Origin: Auanema rhodensis
Lineage: Eukaryota; Animalia; Nematoda
Assembly (NCBI GenBank): GCA_964057225.1
Contig: OZ059895.1
Span: forward strand, 19,654,001 to 19,718,000
DNA: 64,000 nucleotides
Direction of reading: 5' to 3'
Shown here in pieces: positions 12,286 through 27,025 of this stretch. Below the pieces are notes generated by a model that did no database searches, was not told the DNA's origin, and saw only the letters and a list, made by a program, of their open reading frames with translations. Each line of letters starts with the position of its first letter. The first letter of the stretch is position 1. The translations under genes were made by a program, and so were the position numbers.

Positions 12286-15200
12286 AAAAATGCACCGAGA
12301 TATCAACTGATATAAGTTCACACTTATATCCTCGATTTTCACCCTGAAGAATTAATTTTTTCGTTGAATAACATTGTCCATCGTCTTTGCCTTAAAAAAA
12401 GGAATCTAAAAACATCTACTTTTTGATGAATTATTTTAAAATTTTTCGAAAAAATTTTTGTCAAAATGTTTTTGGAAGCAATGTTGAGTGTACATGGAAA
12501 CTCAACATACACTAATGCATCATTTTTCAAACGATCATAATTAATTTTTGTATTAAGCGTTTCTCAATGTAGTGTAGTGCATTCGATGCGGATTTTTAAG
12601 CTGCGTCGATCTGTGTTATCAGATTTGCGCTAGCTTAAAAATGCACCGAGATATCAACTGATATAAGTTCACACTTATATCCTCGATTTTCACCCTGAAG
12701 AATTAATTTTTTCGTTGAATAACATTGTCCATCGTCTTTGCCTTAAAAAAAGGAATCTAAAAACATCTACTTTTTGATAAATTATTTTAAAATTTTTCGA
12801 AAAAATTTTTGTCAAAATGTTTTTGGAAGCAATGTTGAGTGTACATGGAAACTCAACATACACTAATGCATAATTTTTCAAACGATCATAACTAATTTTT
12901 GTATTAAGCGTTTCTCAATGTAGTATAGTGCATTCGATGCGGATTTTTAAGCTGCGTCGATCTGTGTTATCAGATTTGCGCTAGCTTAAAAATGCACCGA
13001 GATATCAACTGATATAAGTTCACACTTATATCCTCGATTTTCACCCTGAAGAATTAATTTTTTCGTTGAGTAACATTGTCCATCGTCTTTGCCTTAAAAA
13101 AAGGAATCTAAAAACATCTACTTTTTGATAAATTATTTTAAAATTTTTCGAAAAAATTTTTGTCAAAATGTTTTTGGAAGCAATGTTGAGTGTACATGGA
13201 AACTCAACATACACTAATGCATAATTTTTCAAACGATCATAACTAATTTTTGTATTAAGCGTTTCTCAATGTAGTATAGTGCATTCGATGCGGATTTTTA
13301 AGCTGCGTCGATCTGTGTTATCAGATTTGCGCTAGCTTAAAAATGCACCGAGATATCAACTGATATAAGTTCACACTTATATCCTCGATTTTCACCCTGA
13401 AGAATTAATTTTTTCGTTGAGTAACATTGTCCATCGTCTTTGCCTTAAAAAAAGGAATCTAAAAACATCTACTTTTTGATAAATTATTTTAAAATTTTTC
13501 GAAAAAATTTTTGTCAAAATGTTTTTGGAAGCAATGTTGAGTGTACATGGAAACTCAACATACACTAATGCATCATTTTTTAAACGATCATAACTGATTT
13601 TTCTATTAAGCGTTTCTCAATGTAGTATAGTGCATTCGATGCGGATTTTTAAGCTGCGTCGATCTGTGTTATCAGATTTGCGCTAGCTTAAAAATGCACC
13701 GAGATATCAACTGATATAAGTTCACACTTATATCCTCGATTTTCACCCTGAAGAATTAATTTTTTCGTTGAGTAACATTGTCCATCGTCTTTGCCTTAAA
13801 AAAAGGAATCTAAAAACATCTACTTTTTGATAAATTATTTTAAAATTTTTCGAAAAAATTTTTGTCAAAATGTTTTTGGAAGCAATGTTGAGTGTACATG
13901 GAAACTCAACATACACTAATGCATCATTTTTTAAACGATCATAACTAATTTTTTTATTAAGCGTTTTTCAATGTAGTATAGTGCATTCGATGCGGATTTT
14001 TAAGCTGCGTCGATCTGTGTTATCAGATTTGCGCTAGCTTAAAAATGCACCGAGATATCAACTGATATAAGTTCACACTTATATCCTCGATTTTCACCCT
14101 GAAGAATTAATTTTTTCGTTGAATAACATTGTCCATCGTCTTTGCCTTGAAAAAAGGAATCTAAAAACATCTACTTTTTGATAAATTATTTTAAAATTTT
14201 TCGAAAAAATTTTTGTCAAAATGTTTTTGGAAGCAATGTTGAGTGTACATGGAAACTCAACATACACTAATGCATCATTTTTCAAACGATCATAACTAAT
14301 TTTTCTATAAAGCGTTTCTCAATGTAGTATAGTGCATTCGATGCGGATTTTTAAGCTGCGTCGATCTGTGTTATCAGATTTGCGCTAGCTTAAAAATGCA
14401 CCGAGATATCAACTGATATAAGTTCACACTTATATCCTCGATTTTCACCCTGAAGAATTAATTTTTTCGTTGAGTAACATTGTCCATCGTCTTTGCCTTA
14501 AAAAAAGGAATCTAAAAACATCTACTTTTTGATAAATTATTTTAAAATTTTTCGAAAAAATTTTTGTCAAAATGTTTTTGGAAGCAATGTTGAGTGTACA
14601 TGGAAACTCAACATACACTAATGCATCATTTTTTAAACGATCATAACTAATTTTTGTATTAAGCGTTTCTCAATGTAGTATAGTGCATTCGATGCGGATT
14701 TTTAAGCTGCGTCGATCTGTGTTATCAGATTTGCGCTAGCTTAAAAATGCACCGAGATATCAACTGATATAAGTTCACACTTATATCCTCGATTTTCACC
14801 CTGAAGAATTAATTTTTTCGTTGAATAACATTGTCCATCGTCTTTGCCTTAAAAAAAGGAATCTAAAAACATCTACTTTTTGATAAATTATTTTAAAATT
14901 TTTCGAAAAAATTTTTGTCAAAATGTTTTTGGAAGCAATGTTGAGTGTACATGGAAACTCAACATACACTAATGCATCATTTTTTAAACGATCATAACTA
15001 ATTTTTGTATTAAGCGTTTCTCAATGTAGTATAGTGCATTCGATGCGGATTTTTAAGCTGCGTCGATCTGTGTTATCAGATTTGCGCTAGCTTAAAAATG
15101 CACCGAGATATCAACTGATATAAGTTCACACTTATATCCTCGATTTTCACCCTGAAGAATTAATTTTTTCGTTGAGTAACATTGTCCATCGTCTTTGCCT

Positions 15201-18200
15201 TAAAAAAAGGAATCTAAAAACATCTACTTTTTGATAAATTACTTTAAAATTTTTCGAAAAAATTTTTGTCAAAATGTTTTTGGAAGCAATGTTGAGTGTA
15301 CATGGAAACTCAACATACACTAATGCATCATTTTTCAAACGATCATAACTATTTTTTGTATTAAGCGTTTCTCAATGTAGTGTAGTGCATTCGATGCGGA
15401 TTTTTAAGCTGCGTCGATCTGTGTTATCAGATTTGCGCTAGCTTAAAAATGCACCGAGATATCAACTGATATAAGTTCACACTTATATCCTCGATTTTCA
15501 CCCTGAAGAATTAATTTTTTCGTTGAATAACATTGTCCATCGTCTTTGCCTTAAAAAAAGGAATCTAAAAACATCTACTTTTTGATAAATTATTTTAAAA
15601 TTTTTCGAAAAAATTTTTGTCAAAATGTTTTTGGAAGCAATGTTGAGTGTACATGGAAACTCAACATACACTAATGCATCATGTTTTAAACTATCATAAC
15701 TAATTTTTGTATTAAGCGTTTCTCAATGTAGTATAGTGCATTCGATGCGGACTTTTAAGCTGCGTCGATCTGTGTTCTCAGATTTGCGCTAGCTTAAAAA
15801 TGCACCGAGATATCAACTGATATAAGTTCACACTTATATCCTCGATTTTCACCCTGAAGAATTAATTTTTTCGTTGAATAACATTGTCCATCGTCTTTGC
15901 CTTAAAAAAAGGAATCTAAAAACATCTACTTTTTGATGAATTATTTTAAAATTTTTCGAAAAAATTTTTGTCAAAATGTTTTTGGAAGCAATGTTGAGTG
16001 TACATGGAAACTCAACATACACTAATGCATCATTTTTCAAACGATCATAACTAATTTTTGTATTAAGCGTTTCTCAATGTAGTGTAGTGCATTCGATGCG
16101 GATTTTTAAGCTGCGTCGATCTGTGTTATCAGATTTGCGCTAGCTTAAAAATGCACCGAGATATCAACTGATATAAGTTCACACTTATATCCTCGATTTT
16201 CACCCTGAAGAATTAATTTTTTCGTTGAATAACATTGTCCATCGTCTTTGCCTTAAAAAAAGGAATCTAAAAACATCTACTTTTTGATGAATTATTTTAA
16301 AATTTTTCGAAAAAATTTTTGTCAAAATGTTTTTGGAAGCAATGTTGAGTGTACATGGAAACTCAACATACACTAATGCATCATTTTTCAAACGATCATA
16401 ATTAATTTTTGTATTAAGCGTTTCTCAATGTAGTGTAGTGCATTCGATGCGGATTTTTAAGCTGCGTCGATCTGTGTTATCAGATTTGCGCTAGCTTAAA
16501 AATGCACCGAGATATCAACTGATATAAGTTCACACTTATATCCTCGATTTTCACCCTGAAGAATTAATTTTTTCGTTGAATAACATTGTCCATCGTCTTT
16601 GCCTTAAAAAAAGGAATCTAAAAACATCTACTTTTTGATAAATTATTTTAAAATTTTTCGAAAAAATTTTTGTCAAAATGTTTTTGGAAGCAATGTTGAG
16701 TGTACATGGAAACTCAACATACACTAATGCATAATTTTTCAAACGATCATAACTAATTTTTGTATTAAGCGTTTCTCAATGTAGTATAGTGCATTCGATG
16801 CGGATTTTTAAGCTGCGTCGATCTGTGTTATCAGATTTGCGCTAGCTTAAAAATGCACCGAGATATCAACTGATATAAGTTCACACTTATATCCTCGATT
16901 TTCACCCTGAAGAATTAATTTTTTCGTTGAGTAACATTGTCCATCGTCTTTGCCTTAAAAAAAGGAATCTAAAAACATCTACTTTTTGATAAATTATTTT
17001 AAAATTTTTCGAAAAAATTTTTGTCAAAATGTTTTTGGAAGCAATGTTGAGTGTACATGGAAACTCAACATACACTAATGCATCATTTTTTAAACGATCA
17101 TAACTGATTTCTCTATTAAGCGTTTCTCAATGTAGTATAGTGCATTCGATGCGGATTTTTAAGCTGCGTCGATCTGTGTTATCAGATTTGCGCTAGCTTA
17201 AAAATGCACCGAGATATCAACTGATATAAGTTCACACTTATATCCTCGATTTTCACCCTGAAGAATTAATTTTTTCGTTGAGTAACACTGTCCATCGTCT
17301 TTGCCTTAAAAAAAGGAATCTAAAAACATCTACTTTTTGATAAATTATTTTAAAATTTTTCGAAAAAATTTTTGTCAAAATGTTTTTGGAAGCAATGTTG
17401 AGTGTACATGGAAACTCAACATACACTAATGCATCATTTTTTAAACGATCATAACTGATTTTTCTATTAAGCGTTTCTCAATGTAGTATAGTGCATTCGA
17501 TGCGGATTTTTAAGCTGCGTCGATCTGTGTTATCAGATTTGCGCTAGCTTAAAAATGCACCGAGATATCAACTGATATAAGTTCACACTTATATCCTCGA
17601 TTTTCACCCTGAAGAATTAATTTTTTCGTTGAGTAACATTGTCCATCGTCTTTGCCTTAAAAAAAGGAATCTAAAAACATCTACTTTTTGATAAATTATT
17701 TTAAAATTTTTCGAAAAAATTTTTGTCAAAATGTTTTTGGAAGCAATGTTGAGTGTACATGGAAACTCAACATACACTAATGCATCATTTTTTAAACGAT
17801 CATAACTAATTTTTTTATTAAGCGTTTTTCAATGTAGTATAGTGCATTCGATGCGGATTTTTAAGCTGCGTCGATCTGTGTTATCAGATTTGCGCTAGCT
17901 TAAAAATGCACCGAGATATCAACTGATATAAGTTCACACTTATATCCTCGATTTTCACCCTGAAGAATTAATTTTTTCGTTGAATAACATTGTCCATCGT
18001 CTTTGCCTTGAAAAAAGGAATCTAAAAACATCTACTTTTTGATAAATTATTTTAAAATTTTTCGAAAAAATTTTTGTCAAAATGTTTTTGGAAGCAATGT
18101 TGAGTGTACATGGAAACTCAACATACACTAATGCATCATTTTTCAAACGATCATAACTAATTTTTCTATAAAGCGTTTCTCAATGTAGTATAGTGCATTC

Positions 18201-19530
18201 GATGCGGATTTTTAAGCTGCGTCGATCTGTGTTATCAGATTTGCGCTAGCTTAAAAATGCACCGAGATATCAACTGATATAAGTTCACACTTATATCCTC
18301 GATTTTCACCCTGAAGAATTAATTTTTTCGTTGAGTAACATTGTCCATCGTCTTTGCCTTAAAAAAAGGAATCTAAAAACATCTACTTTTTGATAAATTA
18401 TTTTAAAATTTTTCGAAAAAATTTTTGTCAAAATGTTTTTGGAAGCAATGTTGAGTGTACATGGAAACTCAACATACACTAATGCATCATTTTTTAAACG
18501 ATCATAACTAATTTTTGTATTAAGCGTTTCTCAATGTAGTATAGTGCATTCGATGCGGATTTTTAAGCTGCGTCGATCTGTGTTATCAGATTTGCGCTAG
18601 CTTAAAAATGCACCGAGATATCAACTGATATAAGTTCACACTTATATCCTCGATTTTCACCCTGAAGAATTAATTTTTTCGTTGAATAACATTGTCCATC
18701 GTCTTTGCCTTAAAAAAAGGAATCTAAAAACATCTACTTTTTGATAAATTATTTTAAAATTTTTCGAAAAAATTTTTGTCAAAATGTTTTTGGAAGCAAT
18801 GTTGAGTGTACATGGAAACTCAACATACACTAATGCATCATTTTTTAAACGATCATAACTAATTTTTGTATTAAGCGTTTCTCAATGTAGTATAGTGCAT
18901 TCGATGCGGATTTTTAAGCTGCGTCGATCTGTGTTATCAGATTTGCGCTAGCTTAAAAATGCACCGAGATATCAACTGATATAAGTTCACACTTATATCC
19001 TCGATTTTCACCCTGAAGAATTAATTTTTTCGTTGAGTAACATTGTCCATCGTCTTTGCCTTAAAAAAAGGAATCTAAAAACATCTACTTTTTGATAAAT
19101 TACTTTAAAATTTTTCGAAAAAATTTTTGTCAAAATGTTTTTGGAAGCAATGTTGAGTGTACATGGAAACTCAACATACACTAATGCATCATTTTTCAAA
19201 CGATCATAACTAATTTTTGTATTAAGCGTTTCTCAATGTAGTGTAGTGCATTCGATGCGGATTTTTAAGCTGCGTCGATCTGTGTTATCAGATTTGCGCT
19301 AGCTTAAAAATGCACCGAGATATCAACTGATATAAGTTCACACTTATATCCTCGATTTTCACCCTGAAGAATTAATTTTTTCGTTGAATAACATTGTCCA
19401 TCGTCTTTGCCTTAAAAAAAGGAATCTAAAAACATCTACTTTTTGATAAATTATTTTAAAATTTTTCGAAAAAATTTTTGTCAAAATGTTTTTGGAAGCA
19501 ATGTTGAGTGTACATGGAAACTCAACATAC
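11880..19530 (+). repeat. 11-mer tandem duplication (3861 bp)
   Basis: ggacttt at 11891 and 15752. Matching ORF variants at 11988/15849, 12339/16200, 12690/16551, 14094/17955 and 15147/19008 are all exactly 3861 apart. Confidence 0.88.
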
Positions 19531-20449
19531 ACTAATGCATCATTTTTCAAACGATCATAACTAATTTTTGTATTAAGCGTTTCTCAATGTAGTGTAGTGC
19601 ATTCGATGCGGATTTTTAAGCTGCGTCGATCTGTGTTATCAGATTTGCGCTAGCTTAAAAATGCACCGAGATATCAACTGATATAAGTTCACACTTATAT
19701 CCTCGATTTTCACCCTGAAGAATTAATTTTTTCGTTGAATAACATTGTCCATCGTCTTTGCCTTGAAAAAAGGAATCTAAAAACATCTACTTTTTGATAA
19801 ATTATTTTAAAATTTTTCGAAAAAATTTTTGTCAAAATGTTTTTGGAAGCAATGTTGAGTGTACATGGAAACTCAACATACACTAATGCATCATTTTTCA
19901 AACGATCATAACTAATTTTTGTATTAAGCGTTTCTCAATGTAGTGTAGTGCATTCGATGCGGATTTTTAAGCTGCGTCGATCTGTGTTATCAGATTTGCG
20001 CTAGCTTAAAAATGCACCGAGATATCAACTGATATAAGTTCACACTTATATCCTCGATTTTCACCCTGAAGAATTAATTTTTTCGTTGAATAACATTGTC
20101 CATCGTCTTTGCCTTGAAAAAAGGAATCTAAAAACATCTACTTTTTGCTAAATTATATTGAAATTTTTCGAAAAAATTTTTGTCAAAATGTTTTTGGAAG
20201 CAATGTTGAGTGTACATGGAAACTCAACATACACTAATGCATCATTTTTCAAACGATCATAACTAATTTTTCTATAAAGCGTTTCTCAATGTAGTATAGT
20301 GCATTCGATGCGGATTTTTAAGCTGCGTCGATCTGTGTTATCAGATTTGCGCTAGCTTAAAAATGCACCGAGATATCAACTGATATAAGTTCACACTTAT
20401 ATCCTCGATTTTCACCCTGAAGAATTAATTTTTTCGTTGAATAACATTG

Positions 20450-23260
20450 TCCATCGTCTTTGCCTTAAAAAAAGGAATCTAAAAACATCTACTTTTTGAT
20501 AAATTATTTTAAAATTTTTCGAAAAAATTTTTGTCAAAATGTTTTTGGAAGCAATGTTGAGTGTACATGGAAACTCAACATACACTAATGCATCATTTTT
20601 CAAACGATCATAACTAATTTTTCTATAAAGCGTTTCTCAATGTAGTATAGTGCATTCGATGCGGATTTTTAAGCTGCGTCGATCTGTGTTCTCAGATTTG
20701 CGCTAGCTTAAAAATGCACCGAGATATCAACTGATATAAGTTCACACTTATATCCTCGATTTTCACCCTGAAGAATTAATTTTTTCGTTGAATAACATTG
20801 TCCATCGTCTTTGCCTTAAAAAAAGGAATCTAAAAACATCTACTTTTTGATAAATTATTTTAAAATTTTTCGAAAAAATTTTTGTCAAAATGTTTTTGGA
20901 AGCAATGTTGAGTGTACATGGAAACTCAACATACACTAATGCATCATTTTTCAAACGATCATAACTAATTTTTCTATAAAGCGTTTCTCAATGTAGTGTA
21001 GTGCATTCGATGCGGATTTTTAAGCTGCGTCGATCTGTGTTATCAGATTTGCGCTAGCTTAAAAATGCACCGAGATATCAACTGATATAAGTTCACACTT
21101 ATATCCTCGATTTTCACCCTGAAGAATTAATTTTTTCGTTGAGTAACATTGTCCATCGTCTTTGCCTTAAAAAAAGGAATCTAAAAACATCTACTTTTTG
21201 ATAAATTATTTTAAAATTTTTCGAAAAAATTTTTGTCAAAATGTTTTTGGAAGCAATGTTGAGTGTACATGGAAACTCAACATACACTAATGCATCATTT
21301 TTTAAACGATCATAACTAATTTTTTTATTAAGCGTTTCTCAATGTAGTATAGTGCATTCGATGCGGATTTTTAAGCTGCGTCGATCTGTGTTATCAGCTT
21401 TGCGCTAGCTTAAAAATGCACCGAGATATCAACTGATATAAGTTCACACTTATATCCTCGATTTTCACCCTGAAGAATTAATTTTTTCGTTGAATAACAT
21501 TGTCCATCGTCTTTGCCTTGAAAAAAGGAATCTAGAAACATCTACTTTTCGCTAAATTATATTGAAATTTTTCGAAAAAATTTTTGTCAAAATGTTTTTG
21601 GAAGCAATGTTGAGTGTACATGGAAACTCAACATACACTAATGCATCATTTTTCAAACGATCATAACTAATTTTTCTATAAAGCGTTTCTCAATTTAGTA
21701 TAGTGCATTCGATGCGGAATTTTAAGCTGCGTCGATCTGTGTTATCAGATTTGCGCTAGCTTAAAAATGCACCGAGATATCAACTGATATAAGTTCACAC
21801 TTATACCCTCGATTTTCACCCTGAAGAATTGATTTTTTCGTTGAATCACATTGTCCATCGTCTTTGCCTTAAAAAAAGGAATCTAAAAACATCTACTTTT
21901 TGATAAATTATTTTAAAATTTTTCGAAAAAATTTTTGTCAAAATGTTTTTGGAAGCAATGTTGAGTGTACATGGAAACTCAACATACACTAATGCATCAT
22001 TTTTCAAACGATCATAACTAATTTTTCTATAAAGCGTTTCTCAATGTAGTATAGTGCATTCGATGCGGATTTTTAAGCTGCGTCGATCTGTGTTCTCAGA
22101 TTTGCGCTAGCTTAAAAATGCACCGAGATATCAACTGATATAAGTTCACACTTATATCCTCGATTTTCACCCTGAAGAATTAATTTTTTCGTTGAATAAC
22201 ATTGTCCATCGTCTTTGCCTTAAAAAAAGGAATCTAAAAACATCTACTTTTTGATAAATTATTTTAAAATTTTTCGAAAAAATTTTTGTCAAAATGTTTT
22301 TGGAAGCAATGTTGAGTGTACATGGAAACTCAACATACACTAATGCATCATTTTTCAAACGATCATAACTAATTTTTCTATAAAGCGTTTCTCAATGTAG
22401 TGTAGTGCATTCGATGCGGATTTTTAAGCTGCGTCGATCTGTGTTATCAGATTTGCGCTAGCTTAAAAATGCACCGAGATATCAACTGATATAAGTTCAC
22501 ACTTATATCCTCGATTTTCACCCTGAAGAATTAATTTTTTCGTTGAGTAACATTGTCCATCGTCTTTGCCTTAAAAAAAGGAATCTAAAAACATCTACTT
22601 TTTGATAAATTATTTTAAAATTTTTCGAAAAAATTTTTGTCAAAATGTTTTTGGAAGCAATGTTGAGTGTACATGGAAACTCAACATACACTAATGCATC
22701 ATTTTTTAAACGATCATAACTAATTTTTTTATTAAGCGTTTCTCAATGTAGTATAGTGCATTCGATGCGGATTTTTAAGCTGCGTCGATCTGTGTTATCA
22801 GCTTTGCGCTAGCTTAAAAATGCACCGAGATATCAACTGATATAAGTTCACACTTATATCCTCGATTTTCACCCTGAAGAATTAATTTTTTCGTTGAATA
22901 ACATTGTCCATCGTCTTTGCCTTGAAAAAAGGAATCTAGAAACATCTACTTTTCGCTAAATTATATTGAAATTTTTCGAAAAAATTTTTGTCAAAATGTT
23001 TTTGGAAGCAATGTTGAGTGTACATGGAAACTCAACATACACTAATGCATCATTTTTCAAACGATCATAACTAATTTTTCTATAAAGCGTTTCTCAATTT
23101 AGTATAGTGCATTCGATGCGGAATTTTAAGCTGCGTCGATCTGTGTTATCAGATTTGCGCTAGCTTAAAAATGCACCGAGATATCAACTGATATAAGTTC
23201 ACACTTATACCCTCGATTTTCACCCTGAAGAATTGATTTTTTCGTTGAATCACATTGTCC
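20450..23260 (+). repeat. 4-mer tandem duplication (1404 bp)
   Basis: Private SNPs tctaga at 21535 and 22939 and atcagcttt at 21398 and 22802. Confidence 0.85.
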
Positions 23261-23517
23261 ATCGTCTTTGCCTTGAAAAAAGGAATCTAAAAACATCTAC
23301 TTTTCGATAAATTATTTTAAAATGTTTCGAAAAAATTTTTGTCAAAATGTTTTTGGAAGCAATGTTGAGTGTACATGGAAACTCAACATACACTAATGCA
23401 TCATTTTTCAAACGATCATAACTAATTTTTCTATAAAGCGTTTCTCAATGTAGTATAGTGCATTCGATGCGGATTTTTAAGCGGCGTCGATCTGTGTTAT
23501 CAGATTTGCGCTAGCTT

Positions 23518-26500
23518 AAAAATGCACCGAGATATCAACTGATATAAGTTCACACTTATATCCTCGATTTTCACCCTGAAGAATTAATTTTTTCGTTGAA
23601 TAACATTGTCCATCGTCTTTGCCTTAAAAAAAGGAATCTAAAAACATCTACTTTTTGATAAATTATTTTAAAATTTTTCGAAAAAATTTTTGTCAAAATG
23701 TTTTTGGAAGCAATGTTGAGTGTACATGGAAACTCAACATACACTAATGCATCATTTTTTAAACGATCATAACTAATTTTTTTATTAAGCGTTTTTCAAT
23801 GTAGTATAGTGCATTCGATGCGGATTTTTAAGCTGCGTCGATCTGTGTTATCAGATTTGCGCTAGCTTAAAAATGCACCGAGATATCAACTGATATAAGT
23901 TCACACTTATATCCTCGATTTTCACCCTGAAGAATTAATTTTTTCGTTGAATAACATTGTCCATCGTCTTTGCCTTGAAAAAAGGAATCTAAAAACATCT
24001 ACTTTTCGCTAAATTATATTGAAGTTTTTCGAAAAAATTTTTGTCAAAATGTTTTTGGAAGCAATGTTGAGTGTACATGGAAACTCAACATACACTAATG
24101 CATCATTTTTCAAACGATCATAACTAATTTTTCTATAAAGCGTTTCTCAATGTAGTATAGTGCATTCGATGCGGATTTTTAAGCTGCGTCGATCTGTGTT
24201 ATCAGATTTGCGCTAGCTTAAAAATGCACCGAGATATCAACTGATATAAGTTCACACTTATACCCTCGATTTTCACCCTGAAGAATTGATTTTTTCGTTG
24301 AATCACATTGTCCATCGTCTTTGCCTTGAAAAAAGGAATCTAAAAACATCTACTTTTTGATAAATTATTTTAAAATTTTTCGAAAAAATTTTTGTCAAAA
24401 TGTTTTTGGAAGCAATGTTGAGTGTACATGGAAACTCAACATACACTAATGCATCATTTTTCAAACGATCATAACTAATTTTTCTATAAAGCGTTTCTCA
24501 ATGTAGTATAGTGCATTCGATGCGGATTTTTAAGCTGCGTCGATCTGTGTTCTCAGATTTGCGCTAGCTTAAAAATGCACCGAGATATCAACTGATATAA
24601 GTTCACACTTATATCCTCGATTTTCACCCTGAAGAATTAATTTTTTCGTTGAATAACATTGTCCATCGTCTTTGCCTTAAAAAAAGGAATCTAAAAACAT
24701 CTACTTTTGCTAGATTATTTTGAAATTTCTCGAAAAAATTTTTGTCAAAATGTTTTTGGAAGCAATGTTGAGTGTACATGGAAACTCAACATACACTAAT
24801 GCATAATTTTTCAAACGATCATAACTAATTTTTGTATTAAGCGTTTCTCAATGTAGTATAGTGCATTCGATGCGGATTTTCAAGCTGCGTCGATCTGTGT
24901 TATCAGATTTGCGCTAGCTTAAAAATGCACCGAGATATCAACTGATATAAGTTCACACTTATATCCTCGATTTTCACCCTGAAGAATTAATTTTTTCGTT
25001 GAGTAACAGTGTCCATCGTCTTTGCCTTAAAAAAAAGAATCTAAAAACATCTACTTTTTGATAAATTATTTTAAAATTTTTCGAAAAAATTTTTGTCAAA
25101 ATGTTTTTGGAAGCAATGTTGAGTGTACATGGAAACTCAACATACACTAATGCATCATTTTTCAAACGATCATAACTAATTTTTCTATAAAGCGTTTCTC
25201 AATGTAGTATAGTGCATTCGATGCGGATTTTTAAGCTGCGTCGATCTGTGTTATCAGATTTGCGCTAGCTTAAAAATGCACCGAGATATCAACTGATATA
25301 AGTTCACACTTATATCCTCGATTTTCACCCTGAAGAATTAATTTTTTCGTTGAATAACATTGTCCATCGTCTTTGCCTTAAAAAAAGGAATCTAAAAACA
25401 TCTACTTTTTGATAAATTATTTTAAAATTTTTCGAAAAAATTTTTGTCAAAATGTTTTTGGAAGCAATGTTGAGTGTACATGGAAACTCAACATACACTA
25501 ATGCATCATTTTTTAAACGATCATAACTAATTTTTTTATTAAGCGTTTTTCAATGTAGTATAGTGCATTCGATGCGGATTTTTAAGCTGCGTCGATCTGT
25601 GTTATCAGATTTGCGCTAGCTTAAAAATGCACCGAGATATCAACTGATATAAGTTCACACTTATATCCTCGATTTTCACCCTGAAGAATTAATTTTTTCG
25701 TTGAATAACATTGTCCATCGTCTTTGCCTTGAAAAAAGGAATCTAAAAACATCTACTTTTCGCTAAATTATATTGAAATTTTTCGAAAAAATTTTTGTCA
25801 AAATGTTTTTGGAAGCAATGTTGAGTGTACATGGAAACTCAACATACACTAATGCATCATTTTTCAAACGATCATAACTAATTATTCTATAAAGCGTTTC
25901 TCAATGTAGTATAGTGCATTCGATGCGGATTTTTAAGCTGCGTCGATCTGTGTTATCAGATTTGCGCTAGCTTAAAAATGCACCGAGATATCAACTGATA
26001 TAAGTTCACACTTATACCCTCGATTTTCACCCTGAAGAATTGATTTTTTCGTTGAATCACATTGTCCATCGTCTTTGCCTTGAAAAAAGGAATCTAAAAA
26101 CATCTACTTTTTGATAAATTATTTTAAAATTTTTCGAAAAAATTTTTGTCAAAATGTTTTTGGAAGCAATGTTGAGTGTACATGGAAACTCAACATACAC
26201 TAATGCATCATTTTTCAAACGATCATAACTAATTTTTCTATAAAGCGTTTCTCAATGTAGTATAGTGCATTCGATGCGGATTTTTAAGCTGCGTCGATCT
26301 GTGTTCTCAGATTTGCGCTAGCTTAAAAATGCACCGAGATATCAACTGATATAAGTTCACACTTATATCCTCGATTTTCACCCTGAAGAATTAATTTTTT
26401 CGTTGAATAACATTGTCCATCGTCTTTGCCTTAAAAAAAGGAATCTAAAAACATCTACTTTTGCTAGATTATTTTGAAATTTCTCGAAAAAATTTTTGTC

Positions 26501-27025
26501 AAAATGTTTTTGGAAGCAATGTTGAGTGTACATGGAAACTCAACATACACTAATGCATAATTTTTCAAACGATCATAACTAATTTTTGTATTAAGCGTTT
26601 CTCAATGTAGTATAGTGCATTCGATGCGGATTTTCAAGCTGCGTCGATCTGTGTTATCAGATTTGCGCTAGCTTAAAAATGCACCGAGATATCAACTGAT
26701 ATAAGTTCACACTTATATCCTCGATTTTCACCCTGAAGAATTAATTTTTTCGTTGAGTAACAGTGTCCATCGTCTTTGCCTTAAAAAAAGGAATCTAAAA
26801 ACATCTACTTTTTGATAAATTATTTTAAAATTTTTCGAAAAAATTTTTGTCAAAATGTTTTTGGAAGCAATGTTGAGTGTACATGGAAACTCAACATACA
26901 CTAATGCATCATTTTTCAAACGATCATAACTAATTTTTCTATAAAGCGTTTCTCAATGTAGTATAGTGCATTCGATGCGGATTTTTAAGCTGCGTCGATC
27001 TGTGTTATCAGATTTGCGCTAGCTT
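23518..27025 (+). repeat. 5-mer higher-order repeat (1754 bp, includes a 350-bp monomer), 2 tandem copies
   Basis: Monomer order C-A'-B'-D(350 bp)-aacagtg variant starts at 23518 and again at 25272. ORFs 24974 and 26728 are 1754 apart. Confidence 0.88.
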
